A DNA stretch of 64,000 nucleotides, taken from Macrostomum lignano. Taxonomy: Eukaryota. Both the position numbers and the translations under genes were made by a program. The stretch is from assembly GCA_002269645.1 (NCBI GenBank), contig NIVC01000391.1, forward strand, positions 62,001 through 126,000. The letters run 5' to 3'. This document shows, piece after piece, positions 1 through 13,188 of this stretch. Under the pieces are notes generated by a model. That model made no database searches. It was given only the letters and a program-made list of their open reading frames with translations, and was not told where the DNA came from. The stretch's first letter is position 1. The number at the start of each line of letters is the position of its first letter.

Positions 1-604
1 TAAAAAGTTTCATTTCAAATTAAAATGAAATATGGGTACGTGAAAGTTTTTTGGGTACGTCGTGGCTGCAATAAAATGTAACAGATACCGCTCTGTTATT
101 CTTAACACAGTCCTTCAAACCCTTGCACGTGGGCTTCCCGACTCAAAATGCAACTCTGCGATATTCAAATAAATAACACGATGTTTATCGAGCGCGCTAT
201 AACACAAGCAAACTTTCAAAAAATGTATCTGCGGAAATAAATAATCAAACGTAAATAACTGTATGTAGGCTCTTTTTCCCTTATATAGTGTAAATAAACT
301 GCAAGTAAAATATGTGATTGGTGACGCTGGCGCGAAAAGAAATAAACTACATTTGAAGAATTTTTTTAATAAATTATTCCTGACTAATGGAGTCATTTTT
401 AAGACCTATCTAATATGTTTTTGTAAACTGCATGACTTTACCAATAAAATTAAATTTTATTTATTCTAATATCTAGGTGTACTACCCGTCTACCTGTAAA
501 TATTATAACATTTATTTTAGTAATCTGGACATACAGTATAGTCTGAAATTAAATTTAGTTCAGCTTAGTAGTCTGAGTCTTACTGACAGTCGACAGATAC
601 TGAT

Positions 605-3600
605 ATGAATAAACTGCCAGACGAGTTACTACTTAGAATATTTCAACTTCTTGAGTGCCAAGAGATTTCCCAAATATCAAGGTATGTTTTTCATTTTGTC
701 TCTCAGCTCAGGCTTATTGCTTTTAAAAAAAAACAAATGTGATACTGATAGTGATATGCATTAATGCATATTCCTGATAATCACTGATGTGGGTTAAGTA
801 ATATAGACAGTATTTTACAAGAAGCAAAAATAAGTAAGAAAAAATTACTTTTGTAGTAATGAAATAGAAAATTAAGTATATATACTATTACAAAATTTAA
901 AGAGTATTTTGTCCTAGGCCTAGGGCTTTTTCTTGTCTTTTATAAACATTCTGCTGCTGCTGCCACCAAATTTGTAATAGGGGTTTGGTTCTACCTTCTA
1001 AGATAATTTCACAGCTGTCACCAAGTTGTAATAGCTCTGATATTTCTATCCCACCTACCCTACCATTAACTACCAAGTTGTAACTTGTAATAGGGGTTCT
1101 TTAATAATAGTTTTGCACTTTTTCTAGGAATTATTGGTTTAATTATAATAAAACACTTTTTGGTATCATTTCTAGTGTATTTTGGCCTGAAAGGTTCTGT
1201 ACTCTCTAAATCTTACTATTATATTATAGGCCCTATGTTTTATTATTCTTAACAAAAAAAGCTAATATAATCCTAAATTCCTAACAATGGGATTTCTCCA
1301 CAATATATTTAATGCTTAAATTAATGTTCATTTAAAGGTAAATATTCTTGTCTTTTTGTGATAGTCACAATCAAAAATTGTTAGTACCTAAATAAGTAGC
1401 ATTTGTAATACCAAACAAGCTTACTTGACTTAGCTGCAGGGTGGCAGGGAGGTGAGGGTTGTCTATTTTGCTAGCCCTTGAAGGCCCACAGACAGGCAGA
1501 GGCATGGGGTTGGTCAGGTGGTCTGCCAGTCCATCTTGCAGCGTGATCTTCTGTGGAAAAGAAAGTGCCTCATCTTGTTGCCTAAAAGAACTAGATGAGC
1601 CTTGGGATGCTGTTGGGCTGGCAGACCTCATCAAGGTAGCATAGCCAGTCTCTGGACTCTAGTAAAGAAAAAGCAGTGACAAACAAAGTGCTAAGCATCT
1701 TCATTGTTGTACTTGCAAAAAGGGCAAAGTTAACTCTTGAGGTTGCCTTAGAAGAAGCAGTGTCTGGCAAGGTAGCCATGGCCAGTAAAGGTCATGACAA
1801 AGGCTCAAATATCCTTCCAATTTTGGTTCAGAAGAATGTTTCCCAGAGCCAGAGCCATCCCTCTTGGTGAGGATGTCTGCCAACTCATTCCCCAGAAACC
1901 CTGCCTGTCTTGGGATCCACTTCAGCCTGACAGTACTGCTACTGCCCAGGAGGTTGAGCTTCCAGGCACAGTAGGTTCAATTGGTCAATTTAATTTTAAC
2001 AAACAATTAAAATTAGCAACTTGAATGTCTTTATTTTAATGAATATATTGCTAGACACTTTAGCCTTTATAAAGACTAATCCTTTTTAGTATAGTGGAGG
2101 ATGCTTATTAGTTAAATATTAATAAGATTTTTATAATGTTATATAATTTCTTTAATTTTTAAATCACTAAATCCTCTCATTTTATCTGATTCTAAAATTT
2201 TAAACAGAGTCTGCAAGCGATGGTGCAACCTCTGTTCAGATCCTACTCTATGGGCCTATGTCAAGATGTACAATCGGATATCTCATAATGCACAATTGAA
2301 AAAGCTGATTCGCAGCAAGCTAGGAACATTTACCCATGGCATTACTGTTCTACACCTTGGTTCTTATAGGCAAAGTGAGTCTGCACTGTGTAAAATTCGT
2401 TGACTATATTCTACTCCACTTTACTCTACTCGGCTTTACTCTCCACTACATGTAGTCAACTCTACACTACATACAATTTACTCTACATGCAATCTACTCT
2501 ACTCTAACTCTTCTCTACATGCAGTCTACTCTACTCTACATGCAATCTACTCCACTATACATGTAGTCTACTCTACTCTGCATTCTACATGTCGTCTACT
2601 CTACTCTACATGCAGTCTACTCTACTCTACATATCGTCTACTCTACTCTACATGCAGTATACTCTACTCTACATGCAGTCTACTCTACTTTACATGCAGT
2701 CTACTCTACTCTACATGCAGTATACTCTACTCTACATGTAGTATATTCTGCTTTACCCTTCAATTGCGTCATGCTCCATCGACCAATCAGCATCAGAAAA
2801 CGGCGCTCCAAAGCCGCTACCCCGTCTCCGCCTGAGCATCACCCCCGACGTGATGCGTCTCTTAGCGACCTCCTGCCCTCACCTGACTGAGCTGGGCCTG
2901 GCCTACTGCGATCTCGGCCGCTCCTTCCCGCAGCACCTGCCGGAGATGCTGACTGAGGCAAGACGCTCATGGGTTTTTAGTTTAATCTGGGTTTGAGTCG
3001 GAGTGGCTAGAGATTGAGTAGTGCACCTTCTAGATCCCCAAACCGCACCCTCTAGATCCCCAAACCGCACCCTCTAGATTCCCAAACCGCACCCTCTAGA
3101 TCCCCAAATCGCACCCTCTAGATCTAAACCGCACCCTCTAGATCCCAAGCCGCACCCTCTAGATCCCAAACCGCACCCTCTAGATCTAAACCGCACCCTC
3201 TAGATCCCAAGCCGCACCCTCTAGATCCCAAACCGCACCCTCTAGATCTAAACCGCACCCTCTAGATACCCAAACCGCACCCTCTAGATCCCAAACCGCA
3301 CCCTCTAGATCCCAAACCGCACCCTCTAGATCCCAAACCGCACCCTCTATACATGTAGATACCCAAACCGCACCCTCTACATACCCAAACCGCACCCTCT
3401 AGATACCCAAACCGCACCCTCTCGATCCCAAATCTCACCCTCTAGATCGCCAGCTATGTTTATTAATTTTAATTTCAATCCCAGCAGCTGCCACCAGCTT
3501 TGAGTTTGACGCCATGCCCATACCAACCCGTCACCCTTCCCGCCAGATCACTCTGGTCAGCTGCCTGGTGCCGGTTGTCCTGCCGACGCCGCTGCACCAG

Positions 3601-4227
3601 GAGCAACAGTCGGTCCGCCTTGGCCAGCTGCGCCGCCTGTCAATCTACTGGGCCGTGTCGGCCACTCAGTCCCTGCTTGAGCTGCTCAGTTCGGCCAGCG
3701 GCCTTCGCTGCCTGGAGCTGATCAACTGTCCAAGACTGAGGGCCGCCAGCATCGGTCGCATCTGCAACCTGTTCCCCCGGCTCGAGTCGCTGGCCTTGCC
3801 GGGCATCGACTTGCTCATGGACGAGGCCGGCAACCTGGCTCTGTCCGACATGGTCAGGCGGCTGCCGGATCTTCGCGTGCTGAACCTCAGCTGGCTGGGC
3901 GGTCAGGCAACGTACAACGCGCAGGCGGTGGACCGCCTGTTCCGCTGTCTGATGCAGTCGGCCACAAGGCTGCGATGCCTCGCCTGTCCGGCCGGCCTGT
4001 CCGAGGATGTCCTGGACAAAATGGCCCGGGTGCCGAGCCTCCGCCTGGTCTGCTGCGCGGCGCCTCCCGCTGGCCGGCCGCAGTTCGCCAGCTTGGAGAC
4101 TCTCTACCGGCGCTACTGCCGGCACTTCTACCGCTGCGGGCTGGCCATGTTTCTGGGTGAGCAGCCGCTGGACTGCGCTGGGCCCGAATCCCGGCCCGCT
4201 CGGCTCAGAGGGACTGCGGCCAGGTGA
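605..4227 (+). CDS. F-box/leucine-rich-repeat protein (FBXL-like), 4 exons, about 394 aa
   Basis: Exons 605-681, 2208-2374, 2791-2957 and 3454-4227 join in frame. The F-box motif LPDELLLRIFQLL...RVCKRWCNLCSDPTLW is split by intron 1. LRR-like segments follow (CPHLTELGLAYC, LRCLELINCPRL, LESLALPGI, LRVLNLSW). Intron 3 has a GC donor; its acceptor (3453 vs 3504) is the least certain junction. Confidence 0.85.
2412..2748. repeat. Intronic minisatellite, about 21-bp unit CTACATGCAGTCTACTCTACT
   Basis: Degenerate tandem copies fill intron 2 of the F-box gene. Confidence 0.85.
3028..3447. repeat. Intronic minisatellite, about 21-bp unit AAACCGCACCCTCTAGATCCC
   Basis: About 20 tandem copies (19-22 bp variants) in intron 3 of the F-box gene. 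Confidence 0.95.
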
Positions 4228-6952
4228 AGGACTCGTGTGTTTTATCGGCACTGCATCATGCAAATCTGACACTTTTAATCCCAAAGCAGCTACAAACACG
4301 GGGAGACCGGTGCCCAGTTGTCTGGCGCGGCGCTCTGATGTGCCAGCGGCCCAGGCTCGATTCCAAGTGCAGTCGCATTAATTGGGGGTTGAATTGGAAT
4401 CTCGGCTTGGGTCTGTTCGTGCAATTAACGCCTTTAAGAGCCAACCCCTCGCCGCGGTTGTGCGACAATGTCGCTTAAAGTGCTCCAGGGTGCACACAGC
4501 CTCCATATTGACTCTATAAAGAGCTACAAACACAAATTTACTGTTACTTCATAGCGGCACATTTATTCTTTCTAATAAATCTAATCTTGTATAGTTTGAT
4601 CATTCCATTCAAAATTTGTGCTTGAAATTAAAAGCATCGCAATGCCACTACTGATAGTCTGACAGTGGAAGTATCAACAAATGTAAAAATCAAACGATAT
4701 TTGTATTGCTATAGGCTAAATGGCTACTACATTTAATGTTTCAATTTTTGCTTGCAATCGTGACCATTTTGATGTAAAAAAAATTTTTAAAGATAAAATA
4801 CAATAGTATCGAAGGATCTTGACTTTATACCAAAAGATATGCCCTACTACAGTGTATATGTTTAAATGATTTTTTCATGAGGGTATTTCCTGCGTGATTA
4901 ATTTAAAAAGCAAGAAATAATCATAGAATATTGCAAAATCATTCGATTAATATATAGGATACATCATGTACTAAAAAAATAGACACAAATGAAACAGAAC
5001 GTAGGCATAGCCCGCAAGAACACGTTAACCAGCAAAAAAACGTCGGGTGGGTCCCTGACTGCTGGGGAAATGCACATGTTACATATGCAAAATGTAGCTA
5101 CAGATGATTAGAGTTTCGTTTTCGATATTCCTCATGTTGAGCGACGCTCGCCGCAAATTCAGTCTACAGCCAAATATCGCTGACAGTAAAATATCACTAG
5201 CAGTCAAATGAAATTGACAGTCAAATGGCACCGATAGTCAATGTCACTGACAGTCAATACACTGGGACAGACAAAATCTGCAGCCTGTCCAGCTGTCATC
5301 GGCGCGGCGTAGCAATCGGATTGGAGTCTATCCAGGCGTCGCTGCAGAAAAAATAAACGCGTCGCCCTAGTACATTAAATGTAGGGAAGCCGGGGTCTGG
5401 TCTTCTAGCAAAGCTGGCAAGAGTGCCAGCAAGTTGAACAGAAATTTCCAAATTACGAGCTCATTAGGATTAGTACAGTAAGGGTCAATAAATTTTGATT
5501 TGAGCTTGAAGATCATTTCAAGTGGCCTTAACCCAGACCGCCCATCCCAAATCCTTCTTAATCCTATCAAGATTTGTTTTAACCGTCGAAGGCTTTGTGA
5601 CGTTGTCAGTTTAAGGTGGTCCCGAAAAGGGCCGTTGGACTGCTGTTTCCCTATAGTTTCAACCCTTCAGTTTCATCGTTTCAACTAAACTTTTCCATTT
5701 GTTTATTGCGACGTTTACTTGTAGTAATGCCCAACGATTTTGTGGCAATTTCTAATTCACTGTATATTTTGCTATCCTCTCTCGCGACCGTATAAAATTG
5801 GCACGATCGATAATTTCAAGTTCTCTCGCCAGCCAATGAAAACTCTCCGTGTTTTACGCTACCCCCCCTTTTGCGCTCTTTATTAATAACCTTCGCCTGG
5901 CGGGCTGGGGGCTTCACCTTGTGTTCTGTGTTCTCTCTCCCTAGGCTTGTCCTCCGTCCCGTCTGGCTTGCCTAGCCTTGTCTAGCCTTGTTTTCCTTCT
6001 CTCTGTCTGGCTGCCTCGAGCCTCCTTACTTCACGCCACGGCTGACGCCAACCTCGCCACTGCTCATCTGCCTGCCTACTGCGTCTCACAGCCTTCACTG
6101 TGCTCATTGCCATTGCTCATCACGTCGCATCGCCATTGCACCGTTCGTCTGTCACTTGACTATCCAATTTATCTTCAAAGAAACCATTGTTGCAGCCGCC
6201 AGTGCCCAGAAAGCTATAGTTTGTTTATTGACATAACTTCTAACCAAGCCCAGTATTGATACTACCAATAAAACCAACTACGGCAGTTCCTGCCTTCATC
6301 GCCAAGTGCTCCGCTACAAAATCCGCTTTACAAGAATTGACTTCACTTATTTTGGGACTAAAACGGCCCTTTTAAGGGTCATCGCATAGCTGGCCGCTAC
6401 GCCAATAACGTGACAGCTTCGTCGAGTTCGTAGAAATTCTAATGCTATTCAAATTTCTTTAAAGTTCTGTTCGTACTAGTCTGTGTGTCTTTTTTGGTGT
6501 GTGCTCATTCTCATTGCAAGTCATTAATGTGTTTGTGTAATCGTGTTTATAATTTTCATGGCTGATTGAGCCGTCACTTCTGTCAGTAATAGCGGCAGCA
6601 GGCCAGACCAGCTCTACAGCATATAAGTCAAAAAGGTTTAAAATAATTTAACGCAGCAAACTAGATTCTAGAATTATGCCGCGCCTATCTTAAGTCATTG
6701 ACTTGTCATTCGCTGACTTTAACAGTAAGAAGGTTTGGCAGAAGTGTGTCTAGGCCTACCTGAGGGCTTACATTAGATTAGGATTCTGGCATGCATCATG
6801 AAATTTAATTCATTTACCATGAACTGTTTAATTCATTGCTGTTTAATGTCGTTTGTTGCTTTTAGAATTTAATCTTAGGTCTTAGTAATTTTGTACATTA
6901 GGCCTATAATATATTTATGAGTTTTTTTTTAAAGAAAATAGGCCTATAAAAC

Positions 6953-7948
6953 GGGTGCTGGTAGACTTGTCAACTTTTTATTTGTCAACTGCCATCAACT
7001 GTAGTAAATTCGTCAACTGGTAAAATTTGTCAACTGCATGTTGTTGTTGGTTTTCGATTTTCAATTAGCTAAAATAAATTTATTTTGGTTTAAAAAAGTT
7101 AGAAACATCTATATTCTATAAGAGCACAAATTATTAGGCCTAATGTATTGCCTTATGATTTATATGAGTAAAATGACTGCTGAAGCTCTTATAATGTATT
7201 TCTTTTGTTACTATTGACAAAGTATATTTTGTAGAGTTTGTCTGCAATAATACTGTTTTTCTAAAGACATGCTACAAATATTTATGCACATGATTCGCTA
7301 AACAAGTATTCAATTAAGTAAGCTCAAATTTGTGCCAATGATCTGAGTACCCACAAAGTCTACTATTAAAAAGTGCCAATTTAAGTTTTTATACTCAAAT
7401 ATTATACTCAAATACATACTTGAATATATTCAATTTCAATTTTTGATTATTGAAATTTTGATTTTTGATTAATTAGGTTTTGTACATCGTATGTTTCAAC
7501 TTTAACAAAGGTGAATCAAAAAAGTATAAAAAACCTAGCAAAAAATCACAGTATTTCCATAAGAAAAATTTAGGTTAATAAATCTGTAACAAATTATAAA
7601 TAATATAAATGAAAATATTTGGCAACAAATCAAAGCTAAACAAATGCTATAAAATCATTCTCAAAAGTCATTGAAAGCGTGAACGCGGCAAAGGCCATCT
7701 ACTGATTATGCTGCTTAGGTTTGCCAAACTTAGGCACATGACCAAGGCGCAAGAACTCTAGCAAAAATATAGATAATTAATTTATAGTAGCTATAACTCA
7801 ATTTCAATGGCATACTAGTTTTATGAATTACATTGCTATATTTTTTATACTAAACTAAAGTTGACGAATTTAACTGGGCTTACCTAGAAATATAGTAAAC
7901 TCGTCAAGACAGTTGACAAATAAAAAGTTGACGAGTATACCCGGATCC
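6953..7948. mobile_element. Degenerate MITE-like element with imperfect terminal inverted repeats
   Basis: Left GGGTGCTGGTAGACTTGTCAACTTTTTATTTGTCAACTG matches the reverse complement of right CAGTTGACAAATAAAAAGTTGACGAGTATACCCGGATCC. AT-rich interior; no TSD found. Confidence 0.55.
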
Positions 7949-8362
7949 ATATACTAGGCCTAATCTTGTCATATATAAAAATTTCTAAAATGTTTTAGTA
8001 TTTTTATGTGATACTATACAATTTATTTATTTTCTAAACAAGCATTTTAACTTAAATATATAATAAATGTCAAATGACAGCTTTTGTTATATAGCTTCAA
8101 AATTTTTGCTTTAGTCAAATAATTGTATATAGAAAAGCTTAGCCCTATGTTGCTTATTCATTCAAAATGGCGCATGACTAAGACCACCACACACAAAGAC
8201 TATCACAGCTATTATTGGCTAGTGGCTACTGATATTAAAGAGGAGCTATCAATATTCTAGCATTGCTATTCCTCTCAAAGGTTCCTCTCTCGCAGCCTTG
8301 TCCTATTGGCTCTCCTACCTATTTACCTATTCTTTAGCCATAGTCCAGATCATGGTAGGCAT

Positions 8363-9060
8363 CAAGGACGACTTAAGTAGAAGGACGGGAAACCTCGTTT
8401 CTTAGAAAATTTTTGAAGGCACTTTTTCCCAAAAAAATACACTGCGGAGATAGGAAATTTTCATTTTTTCAGCACAAAAATTGCTATAACTTTTGATAGG
8501 AGGCAGATCCAGTGTTGATCTTTTGATATGTTATGCCTTTTTTATTGCTCTATCGATATTTATAAAGCTTTCCATTCAGAAAATTAGGATTCTATGTTAA
8601 TTTTTTATTCTACGTATATTTTCATGTGTCTTGTGCTTGAAATACATTAGAATGCCACGGCTTGGCTCTTTGATTTTATGAGTCTATTTTATCCTTCTTA
8701 CCTGACTGTATAGCAAATAGTCGTAACATAGATGATAAAATAGATTCATAAAACCAAATATTAGAGCTGTGTAATGCATTTTTGTGATTTTTAGAAACAG
8801 GAAATATACGCAGAATAAAAAATTAACATAGAATCCTAATTTTCTGAACGAAAAGCTTTATAAATATCGATAGAGCAATAAAAAAGGCACAACATATCAA
8901 AAGATCAACACTGGATCTGCCTCCTATCAAAAGTTATAGCAATTTTTGTGCTGAAAAAATGAAAATTTCCTATCTCCGCAGTGTATTTTTTTGGGAAAAA
9001 GTGCCTTCAAAAATTTTCTAAGAAACGAGGTTTCCCGTCCTTCTACTTAAGTCGTCCTTG
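8363..9060. mobile_element. Foldback MITE, 698 bp, about 260-bp near-perfect TIRs, 9-bp TSD (Mutator-like by TSD length)
   Basis: Starts CAAGGACGACTTAAGTAGAAGG and ends with its reverse complement. TSD GGTAGGCAT at 8354-8362 and 9061-9069. Confidence 0.95.
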
Positions 9061-11175
9061 GGTAGGCATATGCCAGAATGAAAATTCATGTTTTTTTCAG
9101 TCTTAGGCCAACATAAAATAAAAATTTTTATATTAAGACTAAAATTATTTTTAATTTTTTTTAAAGAATGTATATTTTTAAGAATTCAACACTTTCATTA
9201 CACTTTAAAATGGCTATTTTTCTGCTAAGAACTAATATTCTTTATTTTAATTTTGACTTTCTTATGATTGTATTATTATTTTCTATTTTAGCTTTTGATT
9301 ATTTTTAAAGAGCTTTCAATGTTGATTGATATTTAACTACACAAATACATTAGACTTGAACTTGGCTATTTTTTTAATTTTTTTATACATCAACTGTGTA
9401 CACTTCATGTTGAACCTAAAAATTCTATATGCCAAGTGTATGCCAAGATTGTCAGTAAGAGCAAAAATATGCCAGAAAATTCTGGTATAAAGGCCACCTT
9501 CTAGACTATGGTTCTTTAGCACTATCCAATAACACAGCCAAATTCCTTTCCCAGCTCCTCAAGTATGGCAGTCTTAGTATAGGGTGGTCTTAGTATCTGA
9601 TGGTCTGGAAATACTTAAAATAAACCTTAATTTTTTGTAGAAACCATAATATAATAGAGTCAAATAGGCCCTAGTCTATGTCTAATAAAAATGTTTCAAT
9701 CAAGCACAATTAAAAGGCCTTAAAAACATTAGTAGTTTACTTAAATGGCTTTTTTAAAGAACCTTAAATGCCTAAATTTTTACTCAATTAAAATTTTAGG
9801 AAGAATTCTAATATAAAATTTTAGTTTTTAGTATATGGTATATATAATCAACTATTATCAAATTTCCTATTCTAGCATGCACTTGCCTAAGTATGGCTAT
9901 ATTTATACTGACATTAAAGATTTTGTTTATGTTTTATTATAAGAAAAAGACTCTATCCTAGATACTAGAAATATGGGCTTTTTTCTATTTTCTAAACCTT
10001 TATATAAAAACTTGTTTAATAAAACTAAGCATTTGCTTAAACTTTAAAAAACAGTATAATTAAAAACTAGTATACTTTTTATTTTTATAATACAGTTATA
10101 TAATTGTTAATCAAATAATTATTAATACTCATTAATCCCCACTCATAAAAAGCATCAAAGTAAATAAATCATAATCACTAACATTCCAAAATGTAATATA
10201 CCTACAACCAGCTACCAAAGTCACTTGATACCATAAAGTATTTAGCACCAATGTCTGGCACAAATGTGTGTAGTATTCTTTTTATATATTTAAAAAAATA
10301 ATTCTTAATTCAATCTTAGAAAGTATAAATAGTCTATAAATCGATGAAAACTATAAATCATAACAAATTAATTATTACTAATAGGCTTAGGGCCTACTAA
10401 TAAAGCAAATATTATATCTGTAGTCTGTTTGAAATTTCTAATTGCAAGTTTTTTTTCTAGTTTAAACTTTCTTATTTCCTAAAGTCTATCTATCTTCAAG
10501 AATTTTTTGTTTTTGAATAATTATTTTATCTTTAAAATTCTAAATAGTAACTTAGGACAAAATATTAGCAATTTTTATATATTCTATTATTGCAATGATA
10601 ATTTGTTTCGATGTGACTTTTTATTATATATTTATACAAAGTGAATCTTACTTTTTTGTCTATAGTTGTATATAGCCAATTAAAAAATAAAGTGAGAAAT
10701 TAGACTTGGGGTTAGCAATCTCTGGCCCCAGGGTCAAACCTGGCCCCCAAAGTCTTCCAATCTGGACCCCAAGGCCCTCAATGATCTATCATTATATCTG
10801 GCCCCTTGGACTTTCATTCCACTCTCTCTCTTTCTCTCTCACATTCACCTTTCATCCCTATCCTATGTTGAGCTTCTGTAGAAGGAAGATTGGCTACAGG
10901 TCTAAATGCTTTGAGAAGGGGTAATTATTTAATTATTGGAAAAAGAATAAAAACATGACAGGTTTTGGGGAGAGAGAATCTCAATGGTTGTGATGAGATT
11001 CAGGTTTTGATCATTATTAATTGAAAAATAAATGGTCTCCAGACTGACATGCTATAACTGTGGTTTTTCACTGCTTTATGATTTTGGCCTCTGAGCTTTA
11101 GAAAATCTTGGCTATTTGGCCCTGGCTTTTTAACCCTTGGATTAGACTATATAACTAGTAACATTCGACTGTGAG

Positions 11176-11818
11176 TAAAATTTGACTAGCAGTGACATTT
11201 TATTGTCAGTGATATTTGCTGTCAGGGACTTTTGACTGTCAGTGACATTTGACTGAGTGACACTTGACTGTCAGTGACATTTGACTGTCAGTGACATTTG
11301 ACTGCCTGTGACATTTGACTGCCAGTGTCATTTGACTGCCAGTGACATTTGACTGTCAGTGACACTTGACTGCCAGTGTCATTTGACTGCCAGTGACATT
11401 TTACTGCCATTGTCATTTGACTGCCAGTGTCATTTGACTGCCAGTGACATTTGACTGCCAGTGTCATTTGACTGTCAGCTGACATTTGACTATCAGTGAC
11501 ATTTGACTGTTTTTGACATTTGACTGTCAGTGACATTTGACTGCCAGTGTCATTTGACTGCCAGTGTCATTTGACTGCCAGTGACATTTGACTGCCAGTG
11601 TCATTTGACTGTCAGCTGACATTTGACTATCAGTGACATTTGACTGTTTTTGACATTTGACTGTCAGTGACATTTGACTGCCAGTGTCATTTGACTGCCA
11701 GTGTCATTTGACTGCCAGTGACATTTGACTGCCAGTGTCATTTGACTGTCAGCTGACATTTGACTATCAGTGACATTTGACTGTTTTTGACATTTGACTG
11801 CCAGTGACATTTGACTGC
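11176..11818. repeat. Minisatellite, 17-bp unit GTGACATTTGACTGCCA
   Basis: About 37 tandem copies with GTGTC/GTGAC and GCC/GTC variants. Confidence 0.95.
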
Positions 11819-13044
11819 TACCTGCTAGTGTCATTCAAATTAATTAACTGCCGATGGCATTCGAGTGTCAGAAGTATTTAATGAGTTGATATCTAATATG
11901 GTCTTCTAGAAAGGCACGGTTGTTTCAACAAAGTTTTACAGTTTTTTATGTTATTGCGTTACATATGTGCATAATTAGGTGGTCTATAATAAAATAACTG
12001 TCCTAAAAGAGTTCTATTTCTTTTTTGGTAATGTTAGGACTGCTTGCAGAAGTATTTATTATAATCGTGGGAATGCGGCGATGAAAGAGCCTTGGAATCG
12101 AGAGAAAATGCCTGTTGTCTGAATGCCTCTCCCAAGTACAGCTCTGCGCTCTATTAGTTCCAGTGCAACACGGGTGCCAAACTAGGCTGATAAAATGAGA
12201 CAGGCCTTATACTTGGATGGTGGTGGCATGTGGGAACTTGACAAAAAATCGGTTTTCATTGGGGCCAGCATTTTACTGCGCGTGTAGCGTTGCCAATTGC
12301 TTTTTCTGTGACTGTTTCGTCTCGTCTCCAATGCAAACATTGCTGAATAGCTGGGAAGGCGGCGCGTTTTCTATCGACACAGATAATTGGCATCTTAATG
12401 ATGTCTCGCTGGGCACTAATAATAATTAAATTAAAGCCTGGCAAATAGCCCCGCGAGAGAATGAGAGACTAATTCTACACAGCAGGTCAGACCCTTGCTG
12501 GGGTCAGGCTATTGTAGCTGTTGCCAATGTTGCTCTCTTCTATTTTCATTGCTAATAAAAAACAGGCCTGTCACATGATCCCGAATTAGAATGGGATGAA
12601 GGACAAAAGGCCCCTGGATCCAGCAGTGCTCCACTTGAAACTCTATAGCTTGGACCGGCGTCATCTTTCTTTGGAAAAATATTTTATTTGGCATTTTGGC
12701 ACGCATTCGGCATTGAATCTAATGGAAGAGTTTTGGGCTATCCATTAATTTCTATTATTCTGGTTGACAGCGGGTTGCCAAATAGAAGCTTTGTTTCAGC
12801 ACGGGCCATTTAAGTACTAGCAGAGCGCGGCGTCGAACTTACGCTGGTAAGGAACTCAAGTTGGACGCATAGAGTTGCTGAGCACTGGGGGAGGGGGGTT
12901 GTGGGTGCTTAGCGCAGCAACAGTTTCTACTTTGAGTGGCGTGTGACCCGCCCCGCCCCGCTTACTGCGCTGCTGTACCATTCTTAGTGCGCTAACGAAG
13001 GTCGTCGCTCGCTTATTTTTCTTTAAGTTCTCGGGTGGGGGGCT

Positions 13045-13051
13045 TATAAAA
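13045..13051 (+). promoter_or_regulatory. Candidate TATA box upstream of the orphan ORF
   Basis: TATAAAA about 140 nt upstream of ATG 13189, with a GC-box-like CCCGCCCCGCCCC near 12950. Motif match only. Confidence 0.3.
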
Positions 13052-13188
13052 TTTGTCTTTGAGCTGCTCTGCTCTCTCTCCATAGCTCTCACCCGAGATC
13101 TTTATTTGAGCTGGCAACCCAGCTAGCCAGAGAGCGAGCGGCAAGCATTCGTCCTCGAAATAGTAATTTGTTCGCGCAGTCGAAGCGC

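Noticed and set aside
1371-2024. Cluster of short ORFs in F-box intron 1, possibly a decayed transposon
   Set aside because: Multiple stops in every frame and no recognisable domain.
6278-6303. Hammerhead-ribozyme-like hairpin on the minus strand (GCGATGAA-GGCAG GAA CTGCC-GTAG)
   Set aside because: The catalytic core deviates from CUGANGA and GAAA, and stems I and III were not found.
5799-6318. Possible solo LTR (TG...CA, AATAAA, 4-bp AAAT flanks)
   Set aside because: A 4-bp AT-rich match is expected by chance; the termini are poorly inverted, with no PBS or PPT.
6365-6380. Histone 3' stem-loop-like GGCCCTTTTAAGGGTC
   Set aside because: It has a stem mismatch and no histone ORF upstream.
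12256-12444. Minus-strand ORF with MULE-transposase-like words (AAFPAIQQC, EKAIGNA)
   Set aside because: The motifs are in the wrong order for a MULE DDE domain and the ORF is short.
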